Assembly (NCBI GenBank): GCA_964658025.1
Contig: CAZZXB010000003.1
Coordinates: 1-11,670 of the forward strand
Length of the DNA stretch: 11,670 nucleotides
Reading direction: 5' to 3'
DNA from: an uncultured Janthinobacterium sp.
GTDB lineage: Bacteria > Vulcanimicrobiota > Vulcanimicrobiia > Vulcanimicrobiales > Vulcanimicrobiaceae
In this document: one piece after another, positions 1 to 6,799 of the stretch
Layout: each line of letters begins with the position of its first letter
Numbering within the stretch: position 1 is the first letter of the stretch
Notes under the pieces: generated by a model
Database searches by the model: none
What the model saw: only the letters and a program-made list of their open reading frames with translations
What the model was told of the DNA's origin: nothing
Translations under genes and position numbers: made by a program

Positions 1-761
1 ACGATCGTTTGGCCGGTCACGAACGAGCCCGCGCGGGAGGCGAGCATGACGGCGATGCCGGTCACGTCGTCCACGACGCCGAGTCGACCGATCGGATATT
101 GTTTGGTGACGAACTTCTCCGTCGCCGGATCGGCGTAGAGCGCCTTGGCGAAATCCGTCTTGATGACGCCGGGCGCGATCGCGTTGACGCGGATGTCGTG
201 CGGGCCGAGTTCGACCGCGAGATTGCGCGCGAGTTGCGCGTCGGCGGCCTTCGAGATGCCGTAGGCGCCCAGGAGACGCGACCCCTTGAGCCCCGCGATG
301 CTCGACACGATCACGATCGCACCGCCGCCGTGCTTCGCCATGACCGGTTGCACCATGTTGCAGAGCCAGACGTTCGAGCGGACGTTGGAGTTCATGATCT
401 TGTCGAACGCCTCGTCCGAGATCCCCGAGAGCGGGCCGAAATACGGATTGACGGCCGCATTGCAGACGAGCACGTCGATCGTGCCGTACGCTTCGAGGGT
501 CGCATCGACGAGCGCGCGCAACTGCGCCTTGTCGCCGATGTTGCACGGCACGGCGATCGCCTCGCCGCCCGCGTCGACGATCGACGCGCGCGCGGCTTCG
601 CAGGCGTCGGCCTTCCGACTCGAGACGACGACGCGCGCGCCGCGCGACGCGTACGCCCGTGCGATGCCGAGGCCGATGCCGCGCGTCGAACCCGTGACGA
701 TCGCGACCTTGCCGCGCAGGCCGAAGAGTTCGTCGTCGGCGATCGACGCCGCGACGCTCAA
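1..761 (-). CDS. SDR-family NAD(P)-dependent oxidoreductase (DHRS4-like), 3' end truncated by the window edge
   Basis: Manual translation, not in the ORF track because there is no stop in the window: (M)SVAASIADDELFGLRGKVAIVTGSTRGIGLGIA...VVVSSRK...VLVCNAAVNPYFGP...IVIVSSIAG...AYGISKAA...IRVNAIAPGVIKT...PIGRLG...SFVTGQTIV. It has TGxxxGIG, NAA, the catalytic Ser, YxxxK and NAIAPG. The probable TTG start (761-759) overlaps the upstream TGA stop (TTGA). Confidence 0.93.
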   Translation of the reverse strand, partial: MSVAASIADDELFGLRGKVAIVTGSTRGIGLGIARAYASRGARVVVSSRKADACEAARASIVDAGGEAIAVPCNIGDKAQLRALVDATLEAYGTIDVLVCNAAVNPYFGPLSGISDEAFDKIMNSNVRSNVWLCNMVQPVMAKHGGGAIVIVSSIAGLKGSRLLGAYGISKAADAQLARNLAVELGPHDIRVNAIAPGVIKTDFAKALYADPATEKFVTKQYPIGRLGVVDDVTGIAVMLASRAGSFVTGQTI

Positions 762-1549
762 CGCGACGCGAACGCGGGCTTGCGCTTTTCGAGAAACGAA
801 CGCACGCCTTCGAGCAGATCGGGCCCGCTCGCGGCCTCTTCTTGAAGCACCGCTTCTTCTTCCAACCACGCGGCGAACTCGGGGATCGCCGCGCGATTGA
901 ACGCGCGCTTCGTGAGCCCGAGCGCGATCGGCGACATCTCGGCGAAGCGCGCCGCGTACGCCTCCGTCTCCTCGACGAGCGATTCCGTGGGGACGACGCG
1001 ATTGACGAGCCCGAGCGCGAAGGCCTGATGCGCCCCGACGCGATCGCTCGTCCACGCGAGTTCGAGCGCGCGGCCGAAGCCGACGAGCGCCGGAAGCATC
1101 ATACTCCCGCCGCCGTCGGGGATCAGTCCGATCTTCGAAAACCCGAGCGTGAGGTGCGTGTCTTCCGCCGCGATCCGCAGATCGCAGCAGAGCGCGATCG
1201 AGAGCCCGACGCCCGCGGCGACGCCGTTGAGCGACGCGACGAACGGCTTCTCGATCTCTCGGATCCGGCGCGCGATCACGTTGTAACCGTGCCGGAGATG
1301 GTCGGCGACCGAGACGGGCGTCGGCGCGTGCTTCATCTTCACGAACGCCTCGAGATCCTGACCCGCGGAGAAGCCGCGCCCGGTGCCCGACAGCACGACG
1401 ACGCGCACGCTCGCGTCGGTCGCGGCGGATTCGATGCCCGCGATCAGGGCCGCGGTCATCTCGTCGTTGAGGGCGTTGAGTTTTTCGGGGCGGTTGAGGC
1501 GCAACGTGAGAACGGCGCCCGACCGAGAGTGCGTCACGAGATCGCTCAT
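758..1549 (-). CDS. Enoyl-CoA hydratase/isomerase (crotonase) family protein, PaaG-like
   Basis: 263 aa with LNRPEKLNAL, FSAGQDL (oxyanion hole), NGVAAGVG, FSKIGLIPDGGG, ALGLVNRVVP and C-terminal EGVRSFLEKRKPAF. The AGQDL and FSKxGLIPDxGG pattern resembles PaaG. Confidence 0.92.
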   Translation of the reverse strand: MSDLVTHSRSGAVLTLRLNRPEKLNALNDEMTAALIAGIESAATDASVRVVVLSGTGRGFSAGQDLEAFVKMKHAPTPVSVADHLRHGYNVIARRIREIEKPFVASLNGVAAGVGLSIALCCDLRIAAEDTHLTLGFSKIGLIPDGGGSMMLPALVGFGRALELAWTSDRVGAHQAFALGLVNRVVPTESLVEETEAYAARFAEMSPIALGLTKRAFNRAAIPEFAAWLEEEAVLQEEAASGPDLLEGVRSFLEKRKPAFASR

Positions 1550-1573
1550 CCGGCGCCGTTCGTCACGACGGGC

Positions 1574-2560
1574 CTAGAACCACCCGCGCGCGCGGAAAAA
1601 GACGACGAGCGCCACCACCGCGACGACCTCGCTTCCGATGCCGAGATACCAGAAGCTCGCCTCCGTCTTGATGGCGTCGACCATGAACGCGAAATTCTGA
1701 CCGAAGAAACCCGTCACGAACGTGAGCGGCAAGAAGATCGTCGCGATGATCGTGAGTTGTTTCGCGACCTCGTTCTGCCGGTTCGTCTGGATCGAGAGAT
1801 GCGTGTCGAGCACGTTATCGATGAGCGCGCGCGTGGACTCGATCCGGTCGATCGCGAGCAAGACGTGATCGTGGACGTCGCGGAAATACGCGAAGTCGTC
1901 GGGTCGGAAAAAGCGCTGTTCGCCGCGCAACGGAAACGCGACGATCTCGCGCATCGGCAAGACCGCCCGCCGAAAACGGCCGAGATTGCGCTTCATCGCC
2001 GACGTTTCGAGCAGGTCGCGCGACGCGATGCGACCCTCTCGGAAGAAGCGCGTTTCGAGCTTGTCGATACGACGCTCGAAATCCGCGACGATCGGGTCGT
2101 AGTCGTCGACGATCGTATCGAGGATCGAGTAGAGGAGCGATGCGCCGTCGTTACGATCGTCGTGACGGCCCGCGTGCCAACGCTCCCGCACTTCGGCGAA
2201 CGAATACGCGGGCGCGGCGCGGACGCTCACGACGAAGCGGTGCCCGACGAACAGGGCGATCTCGTGCACGCTCACGACGTCGCCGTCGAGCGTCACACCG
2301 TGCGTGACGATGAACAGGTAATCGCGGTACGTTTCGATCTTCGAACGTTCGTGGGCGCGGACGGCGTCCTCGATCGCGAGGGGATGGAGATCGAACTCGC
2401 GTTGGATCGTCGCGAGGTCTTCCGCCTTCGGGGCGATCACGTCGTACCAGACGAGCGCGTCGGCATCCTCGATCACCTCCGAGATGGCGTCGAGATCGTG
2501 GATCGGCCGCCCCTCGCGGGAGCCGTGGTACATGAGACAACGCGGGGACGAGTCGATCAC
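1574..2560 (-). CDS. corA: CorA-family divalent metal (Mg/Co/Zn) transporter with GQN motif
   Basis: LVWYD, FDLHPLAIEDA, RSKIETY, LLYSILDTIVDDY, YFRDVHDH, NRQNEVAKQLTIIATIFLPLTFVTGFFGQNF, two C-terminal TM helices and FRARGWF. Start moved from 2605 to GTG 2560 because GGAG (complement 2566-2569) lies 5 nt upstream, giving 328 aa. Confidence 0.9.
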   Translation of the reverse strand: MIDSSPRCLMYHGSREGRPIHDLDAISEVIEDADALVWYDVIAPKAEDLATIQREFDLHPLAIEDAVRAHERSKIETYRDYLFIVTHGVTLDGDVVSVHEIALFVGHRFVVSVRAAPAYSFAEVRERWHAGRHDDRNDGASLLYSILDTIVDDYDPIVADFERRIDKLETRFFREGRIASRDLLETSAMKRNLGRFRRAVLPMREIVAFPLRGEQRFFRPDDFAYFRDVHDHVLLAIDRIESTRALIDNVLDTHLSIQTNRQNEVAKQLTIIATIFLPLTFVTGFFGQNFAFMVDAIKTEASFWYLGIGSEVVAVVALVVFFRARGWF

Positions 2561-2650
2561 GCATGCTCCGATCGGGTGATCGCCGTTTCTTCCCGTCGAA
2601 CCCACCCTCCCCGCTCGAAACGTACGCGCGCCGACATCGGCCGGAGCGTC

Positions 2651-2666
2651 TGCTACGTTATGCTAC
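2651..2666 (+). promoter_or_regulatory. Candidate -10 element(s) for msrB within a TGCTAC direct repeat
   Basis: tgctacgttatgctac. TATGCT (2659-2664) ends 6 nt before ATG 2671, the geometry of a leaderless mRNA. TGcTACGTT (2651-2659) is an alternative extended -10. It is a locally AT-richer patch in the corA/msrB divergent gap. Confidence 0.4.
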
Positions 2667-2670
2667 CGAC

Positions 2671-3162
2671 ATGGGTAGGATGACGCGTATGAAGATGATC
2701 GGTGGACTGTGCGCCATGGCGGCGAGCCTCGGGATCCCGAGCAAGCCGGCGGACGCGTCGGAGGGACATTTCGAAGTGGTCCGCTCGGACGACGAGTGGC
2801 GGAAACGGCTCTCCCCGGAGGCCTACAACGTGCTCCGCAAGCACGGGACGGAGATGGCCGGAACGAGCCCCCTCGACCACGAGACCGAGCCCGGCACCTA
2901 TTTCTGCGCCGGTTGCGAGCTCGCGCTCTTCGATGCGAAGACGAAGTTCGACAGCGGCACCGGCTGGCCGAGCTTTTACGAACCGCTCAAGGACGCGGTA
3001 GAGACGTCGACGGACCGGTCGATGTTCGTCGAGCGCACCGAGGTCCATTGCCGCCGCTGCGGCGGCCATCTCGGTCACGTGTTCGACGACGGACCCAAAC
3101 CGACGGGATTGCGCTTCTGCATGAACGGCGTCTCGCTCGACTTCAAAAAGAAAACGGCGTAG
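2671..3162 (+). CDS. msrB: Peptide-methionine (R)-S-oxide reductase MsrB with probable N-terminal signal peptide
   Basis: SDDEWRKRLSPEAYNVLRKHGTE, Zn ligands CAGC (2905-2916) and CRRC (3049-3060), KFDSGTGWPSF, HLGHVFDDGP, and catalytic RFCMNG (Cys at 3118). The start is uncertain among ATG 2671, 2680 and 2689; the 2563 start nearly abuts the divergent corA start and is unlikely. Confidence 0.96.
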   Translation: MGRMTRMKMIGGLCAMAASLGIPSKPADASEGHFEVVRSDDEWRKRLSPEAYNVLRKHGTEMAGTSPLDHETEPGTYFCAGCELALFDAKTKFDSGTGWPSFYEPLKDAVETSTDRSMFVERTEVHCRRCGGHLGHVFDDGPKPTGLRFCMNGVSLDFKKKTA

Positions 3163-3168
3163 CCGAGA

Positions 3169-3190
3169 CGGGGTTCGCGAGCGGGCCCCG
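3169..3190 (+). other. GC-rich stem-loop just after the msrB stop (possible U-less terminator or mRNA stabiliser)
   Basis: cggggttcg-cgag-cgggccccg: 9-bp stem including two G:U pairs, beginning 6 nt after TAG. No U-tract follows. Confidence 0.35.
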
Positions 3191-3224
3191 ATGAACGATT
3201 CGCGCGCGCGGCGAACGTCGTCGC

Positions 3225-6200
3225 GTGCAATCGATCGACGGAACGCTCGTCCATTCGGCATCGGACCTCAACGACTTCGGCGAATGCCTCCATCTGACGG
3301 CGCTCGAACGCGCGGTCGCGGAACGGACGCGGGTACGGCCGACGCGCGAAGACCCGACGGCTGATCTCTTACGTCGTAAGGGCGACGAACACGAGCGCCG
3401 CCATCTGGAGCAATTACGGGCGATTTACGGCGAGCGACTCGTCGCGTTCGAAGCGCGGCCGCACAACTCGCTTGCGGGCTATCGTGCGGCCGAGGCGGAG
3501 AGCGTCGCCGCTATGGCCGCCGGCGCCGAGGTGATCTTCCAGGCGACGTTTTTCGACGGAACGTTTCTCGGGCGCGCGGATTTCTTACGCAAGGTCGCGA
3601 GCCCGTCGCGTTTCGGCGATTTCGGCTACGAGGTCGTCGATACGAAGCTCGCGCTCTCTCCGAAGCCGTATTTTCTCGTCCAACTCTGTAATTACAGCGA
3701 GCATCTCGAACGCATCCAGGGCGTCGCGCCGCGCGACGCGGAGATCGTACTCGGAAAGGGCGTCGAGCGACGGTTTCGAGTCGACCAATTCTCGGCATAT
3801 TATCGCGCGCTCAAGCGCGCCTATCTCGCGAGCGTGGCGAGCGGGGCGGATGCGTACCCATTCGAATGCGCGCACTGCGATCTCTGCGCGTGGCGCGATC
3901 TCTGTGCGAAACGGCGCGACGACGACGACCATCTCAGCATCGTCGCGAATATCCGCCGCGATCAGGTCGCCAAACTCGAGAAGGCGTCGCTGCCGACCGT
4001 CGCCGCGCTCGCATCCGCGAGCGACGCCGCCTGCCCGCGCGATCTCAATGCGGAGACCTTCGCGAGACTGCGCGCGCAAGCCGCCGAGCAAGATCGATAC
4101 CGGAGCGCGCGACCGGATGCCGAGCACACGTATTCGTTCCGCGAGGCGGGCGTGCCGAGCGACGCGGAGGCGGCAAAGACGTTCGGTTTCGCGCGCTTGC
4201 CGGAGCCGGCGCCGGGCGACGTTTTCTTCGACATGGAAGGCGATCCGATGTTCGCGCCCGGCAGGGCGCTCGAATATCTCTTCGGCGTGTACACGAGCGA
4301 CGACGACGCGTACGTTCCGTTTTGGGGGTGCGATCCGGCGCAGGAGCGCGTCGCCTTCGAGCGCTTCGTCGATTTCGTGACCGAGCGGCGCACGCGCTAT
4401 CCGAACCTCCACGTGTACCACTACGCACCGTACGAGACGAGCGCGCTCAAACGCCTCATGGGCCGTTTCGGATCGCGCGAGAACGAGATCGACGCGTTCC
4501 TGCGCGCCGGCACGTTCGTGGATCTCTATCCGATCGTCACGCAGAGCGTCGTGATCTCCCAGCCGTCGTATTCGATCAAAAAACTGGAGGCGCTCTACGG
4601 CTTCACGCGCTCCACCACGACGCGTGCGGGCGACGATTCGATCGTGATGTTCGAGAGCTGGCTCGAAAACGGCGACGACGCGACGCTCGAGGACATCCGC
4701 GCCTACAACGAAGACGATTGTCGATCGACCTACGCGCTACGCCAGTGGCTCCTCCGCGTACGCGACGAACGCAACGCCACGCTCGCGACGCCGATTCCGT
4801 GGCGCGCGGCGATTCTGAGCGATCCCGCCGACGATCGGATCGAACGGGGCGACCTCGAAGCGCGCCTGCTGGCGGGGATCTCGCCGCCCGGCTCGCTCGA
4901 GGAGTTGCGGGAATTCTCGGACGATCGGCGCACGCGTTGGCTCCTCGGCAACCTCGTGCAGTACCATCGTCGCGCGCAAAAGCCCGAATGGTGGGAGCAT
5001 TTCCACCGCATCGAAAACGCGAGCGAACTCATCGACGAGGATCGCAAGGCGCTCGGCGGCCTCGAGATCCTACGCGACGTTTTGCCGTATAAGCTAAAAG
5101 AGCGCGACCTATCGCACGTACATGCGTACCGCTATCCCGAACAAGAACACGACATGAGCGTCGGAGACAAACCGCTCGACGTCTTGACGAAAAAGGCATC
5201 CGAGATCGTGTCGCTCGACGAGGCGTCGTTCACGATCCGACTCAAAGTCTCGGATAAGAACGACGAAGCCGCGATTCGCGATCTCATCCCGACGACGCCG
5301 TTCGGTATTAAGGACCAGCAAGAGGCGCTCGAATACATCGCGCGCGCGTACGACGAGCGCCGCCTCGACGAGTTGCATCCGGCGACCCTCGCACTCGTCG
5401 AGCGACGGCTTCCGCGATTGGACGACCGTCGGCTCGGCGCGACGATCCAGCCGGGCGACGTCTCGCCCGAAGCCTTATCGCGCGTCGTGCGCGCGCTCGA
5501 CGGGAGTTATCTCGTCGTGCAGGGGCCGCCCGGGAGCGGCAAGAGTACGAAGGGCGCGCACGTCATCGTCGATCTGCTCGAAGCGGGCAAACGCGTCGCG
5601 CTCGCGGCGAACAGCCATAAGGCGCTTCACGGGTTGCTACACAAGATCGAGGAAAACGCGACGAAGCGCGGCGTCGTTTTCAGCGGATGCCACAAGTCGT
5701 CGAACACGAACGTCGACTCGCCGTACGAGTCGAAGTGCGGCACGCCGCTCGTCGAAGATGCGTCCGAATGGAGCGGCGGCGCCGCCTGCAACCTCGTCTC
5801 CGCGACGAATTACTCTTGGGCGAGGGCGAAGGCGGCGCATCGCGGCGCGTTCGACGTCGTCGTCGTCGACGAAGCGGGTCAGGTCTCGCTCGCCGACGCC
5901 TTGATCGTGTCGCTCGTCGCGCGGAACGTCGTGCTCCTCGGCGATCCGCAACAATTGCCGCAGGTCGCGCAAGGCTCGCATCCGATCGGCACCGATCGCT
6001 CCATCCTCGAGCATCTTCTCGACGACGCCGCGACGGTACCGCCCGAGCGCGGCGTGTTCCTCGACGTCTCATACCGCATGCATCCGACGATCGACCGTTT
6101 CGTCTCCGATGCCTTTTACGACGGACGCCTCGAAGCCGATCCCGCGAACGCGCGCAGCGCGATCGACGGGACGCCGCTCGCGGGCGCGGGCTTGCGCTTC

Positions 6201-6689
6201 GTACCCGTCGCCCACGACGGCCACCGCCGCCGCTCGCGCGAGGAAGCCGAGACGATCGCCGTCGCGATCGAGGCGCTCTTACGCGGCGGACGCGTCACGG
6301 TGCGCGACGAGCGGGAGCGTCCCATAACGGCGCGCGACGTCCTCGTCGTCGCGCCGTACAACCAACAACGCCGCGAGATCGCCGAGCGCCTGCACGCGCG
6401 CGGCATCGACGACGTCGCCGTCGGCACGGTCGACAAGTTTCAAGGCCAGGAAGCGCCGGTCGTCTTTTACTCGCTCGCGACCTCGCGGGCGGAGCTGGCA
6501 CCGCGGGGTCTCGATTTTCTCCTCGATCCCAATCGCTTCAACGTCGCCGTCTCGCGCGCGCAAGCGCTCGCCGTCGTCGTTGCGAGCCCGCACTTACTCG
6601 CCTCGCGCGCGACGACGATCGACCAGATGCGACAACTCAATCTGCTGTGTGCCTACGCGGAGCGCGCGGCGACGCCCCTCCCGCTATAG
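3225..6689 (+). CDS. TM0106 (COG2251)-family RecB-like nuclease fused to RNase H-like (DEDD) exonuclease and Upf1/Dna2-like SF1 helicase
   Basis: 1154 aa, GTG start. Nuclease: SASDL, GRAD119FL, VVD139TK141, Q153LCNY, Cys21 plus C218xxC221xxxxxC227. Exonuclease: FFD336ME338GDP, YHYAPYE, FVD433LY, SYSIKKLE, Y494NEDD498C. Helicase: QGPPGSGK773S, VVD882EAGQ, LLGDPQQL, SYRMHP, FYDGRL, APYNQQ, GTVDKFQGQE, NRFNVAVSRA. Confidence 0.93.
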   Translation: MQSIDGTLVHSASDLNDFGECLHLTALERAVAERTRVRPTREDPTADLLRRKGDEHERRHLEQLRAIYGERLVAFEARPHNSLAGYRAAEAESVAAMAAGAEVIFQATFFDGTFLGRADFLRKVASPSRFGDFGYEVVDTKLALSPKPYFLVQLCNYSEHLERIQGVAPRDAEIVLGKGVERRFRVDQFSAYYRALKRAYLASVASGADAYPFECAHCDLCAWRDLCAKRRDDDDHLSIVANIRRDQVAKLEKASLPTVAALASASDAACPRDLNAETFARLRAQAAEQDRYRSARPDAEHTYSFREAGVPSDAEAAKTFGFARLPEPAPGDVFFDMEGDPMFAPGRALEYLFGVYTSDDDAYVPFWGCDPAQERVAFERFVDFVTERRTRYPNLHVYHYAPYETSALKRLMGRFGSRENEIDAFLRAGTFVDLYPIVTQSVVISQPSYSIKKLEALYGFTRSTTTRAGDDSIVMFESWLENGDDATLEDIRAYNEDDCRSTYALRQWLLRVRDERNATLATPIPWRAAILSDPADDRIERGDLEARLLAGISPPGSLEELREFSDDRRTRWLLGNLVQYHRRAQKPEWWEHFHRIENASELIDEDRKALGGLEILRDVLPYKLKERDLSHVHAYRYPEQEHDMSVGDKPLDVLTKKASEIVSLDEASFTIRLKVSDKNDEAAIRDLIPTTPFGIKDQQEALEYIARAYDERRLDELHPATLALVERRLPRLDDRRLGATIQPGDVSPEALSRVVRALDGSYLVVQGPPGSGKSTKGAHVIVDLLEAGKRVALAANSHKALHGLLHKIEENATKRGVVFSGCHKSSNTNVDSPYESKCGTPLVEDASEWSGGAACNLVSATNYSWARAKAAHRGAFDVVVVDEAGQVSLADALIVSLVARNVVLLGDPQQLPQVAQGSHPIGTDRSILEHLLDDAATVPPERGVFLDVSYRMHPTIDRFVSDAFYDGRLEADPANARSAIDGTPLAGAGLRFVPVAHDGHRRRSREEAETIAVAIEALLRGGRVTVRDERERPITARDVLVVAPYNQQRREIAERLHARGIDDVAVGTVDKFQGQEAPVVFYSLATSRAELAPRGLDFLLDPNRFNVAVSRAQALAVVVASPHLLASRATTIDQMRQLNLLCAYAERAATPLPL

Positions 6690-6763
6690 ATCCGCCGCGT
6701 CGGGCGCGGCGTGGGCGTCCGGGGTGCGCGTACGGCGCACGACCCGTCGCCGCGTTCGCGTGG

Positions 6764-6789
6764 GGTTGAGCGAGGAAGGGCTCGGGTAC
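6764..6789 (+). promoter_or_regulatory. Candidate SigB/SigF-type general-stress promoter for treZY
   Basis: GGTTG (6764-6768), a 15-nt spacer, then GGGTAC (6784-6789), ending 10 nt before ATG 6800. It resembles the GTTT-N15-17-GGGTA consensus of actinobacterial SigF/SigB-type sigma factors. Confidence 0.45.
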
Positions 6790-6799
6790 GACCTTCGCG

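Noticed and set aside
2563..2670. Extended starts for msrB (2563) and corA (2605)
   Set aside because: These would make the divergent genes overlap and leave no promoter space. Better-supported starts are 2671-2689 for msrB and 2560 for corA.
9..2683. Long + strand ORFs 9..845, 286..900 and 842..2683
   Set aside because: They are antisense shadows of the SDR, crotonase and corA genes, with low-complexity composition (Arg/Asp/Glu-rich or Ala/Ser/Arg-rich) and no motifs. Such ORFs are expected in high-GC DNA with biased codons.
2698..2712. Lipoprotein lipobox at the MsrB N-terminal Cys (IGGLC)
   Set aside because: It does not fit [LVI][ASTVI][GAS]C and lacks a preceding hydrophobic stretch.
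3191..3224. Possible LexA box or ECF promoter (GAAC...CGTC) and (CG)5 run upstream of the nuclease-helicase
   Set aside because: There is no GAAC-N4-GTTC or GAAC-N7-GAAC match, and the AAC-to-CGT spacing of 19 nt is too long for an ECF promoter. CG runs are common throughout the window.
3225..3910. Calling the N-terminal domain cas4 as part of a CRISPR locus
   Set aside because: There is no repeat-spacer array, cas1 or cas2 in the window, and the fusion context matches the TM0106 family.
3163..6799. Mobile-element boundaries around the nuclease-helicase gene
   Set aside because: No transposase, integrase, terminal inverted repeats, target-site duplication or tRNA site could be seen by eye.
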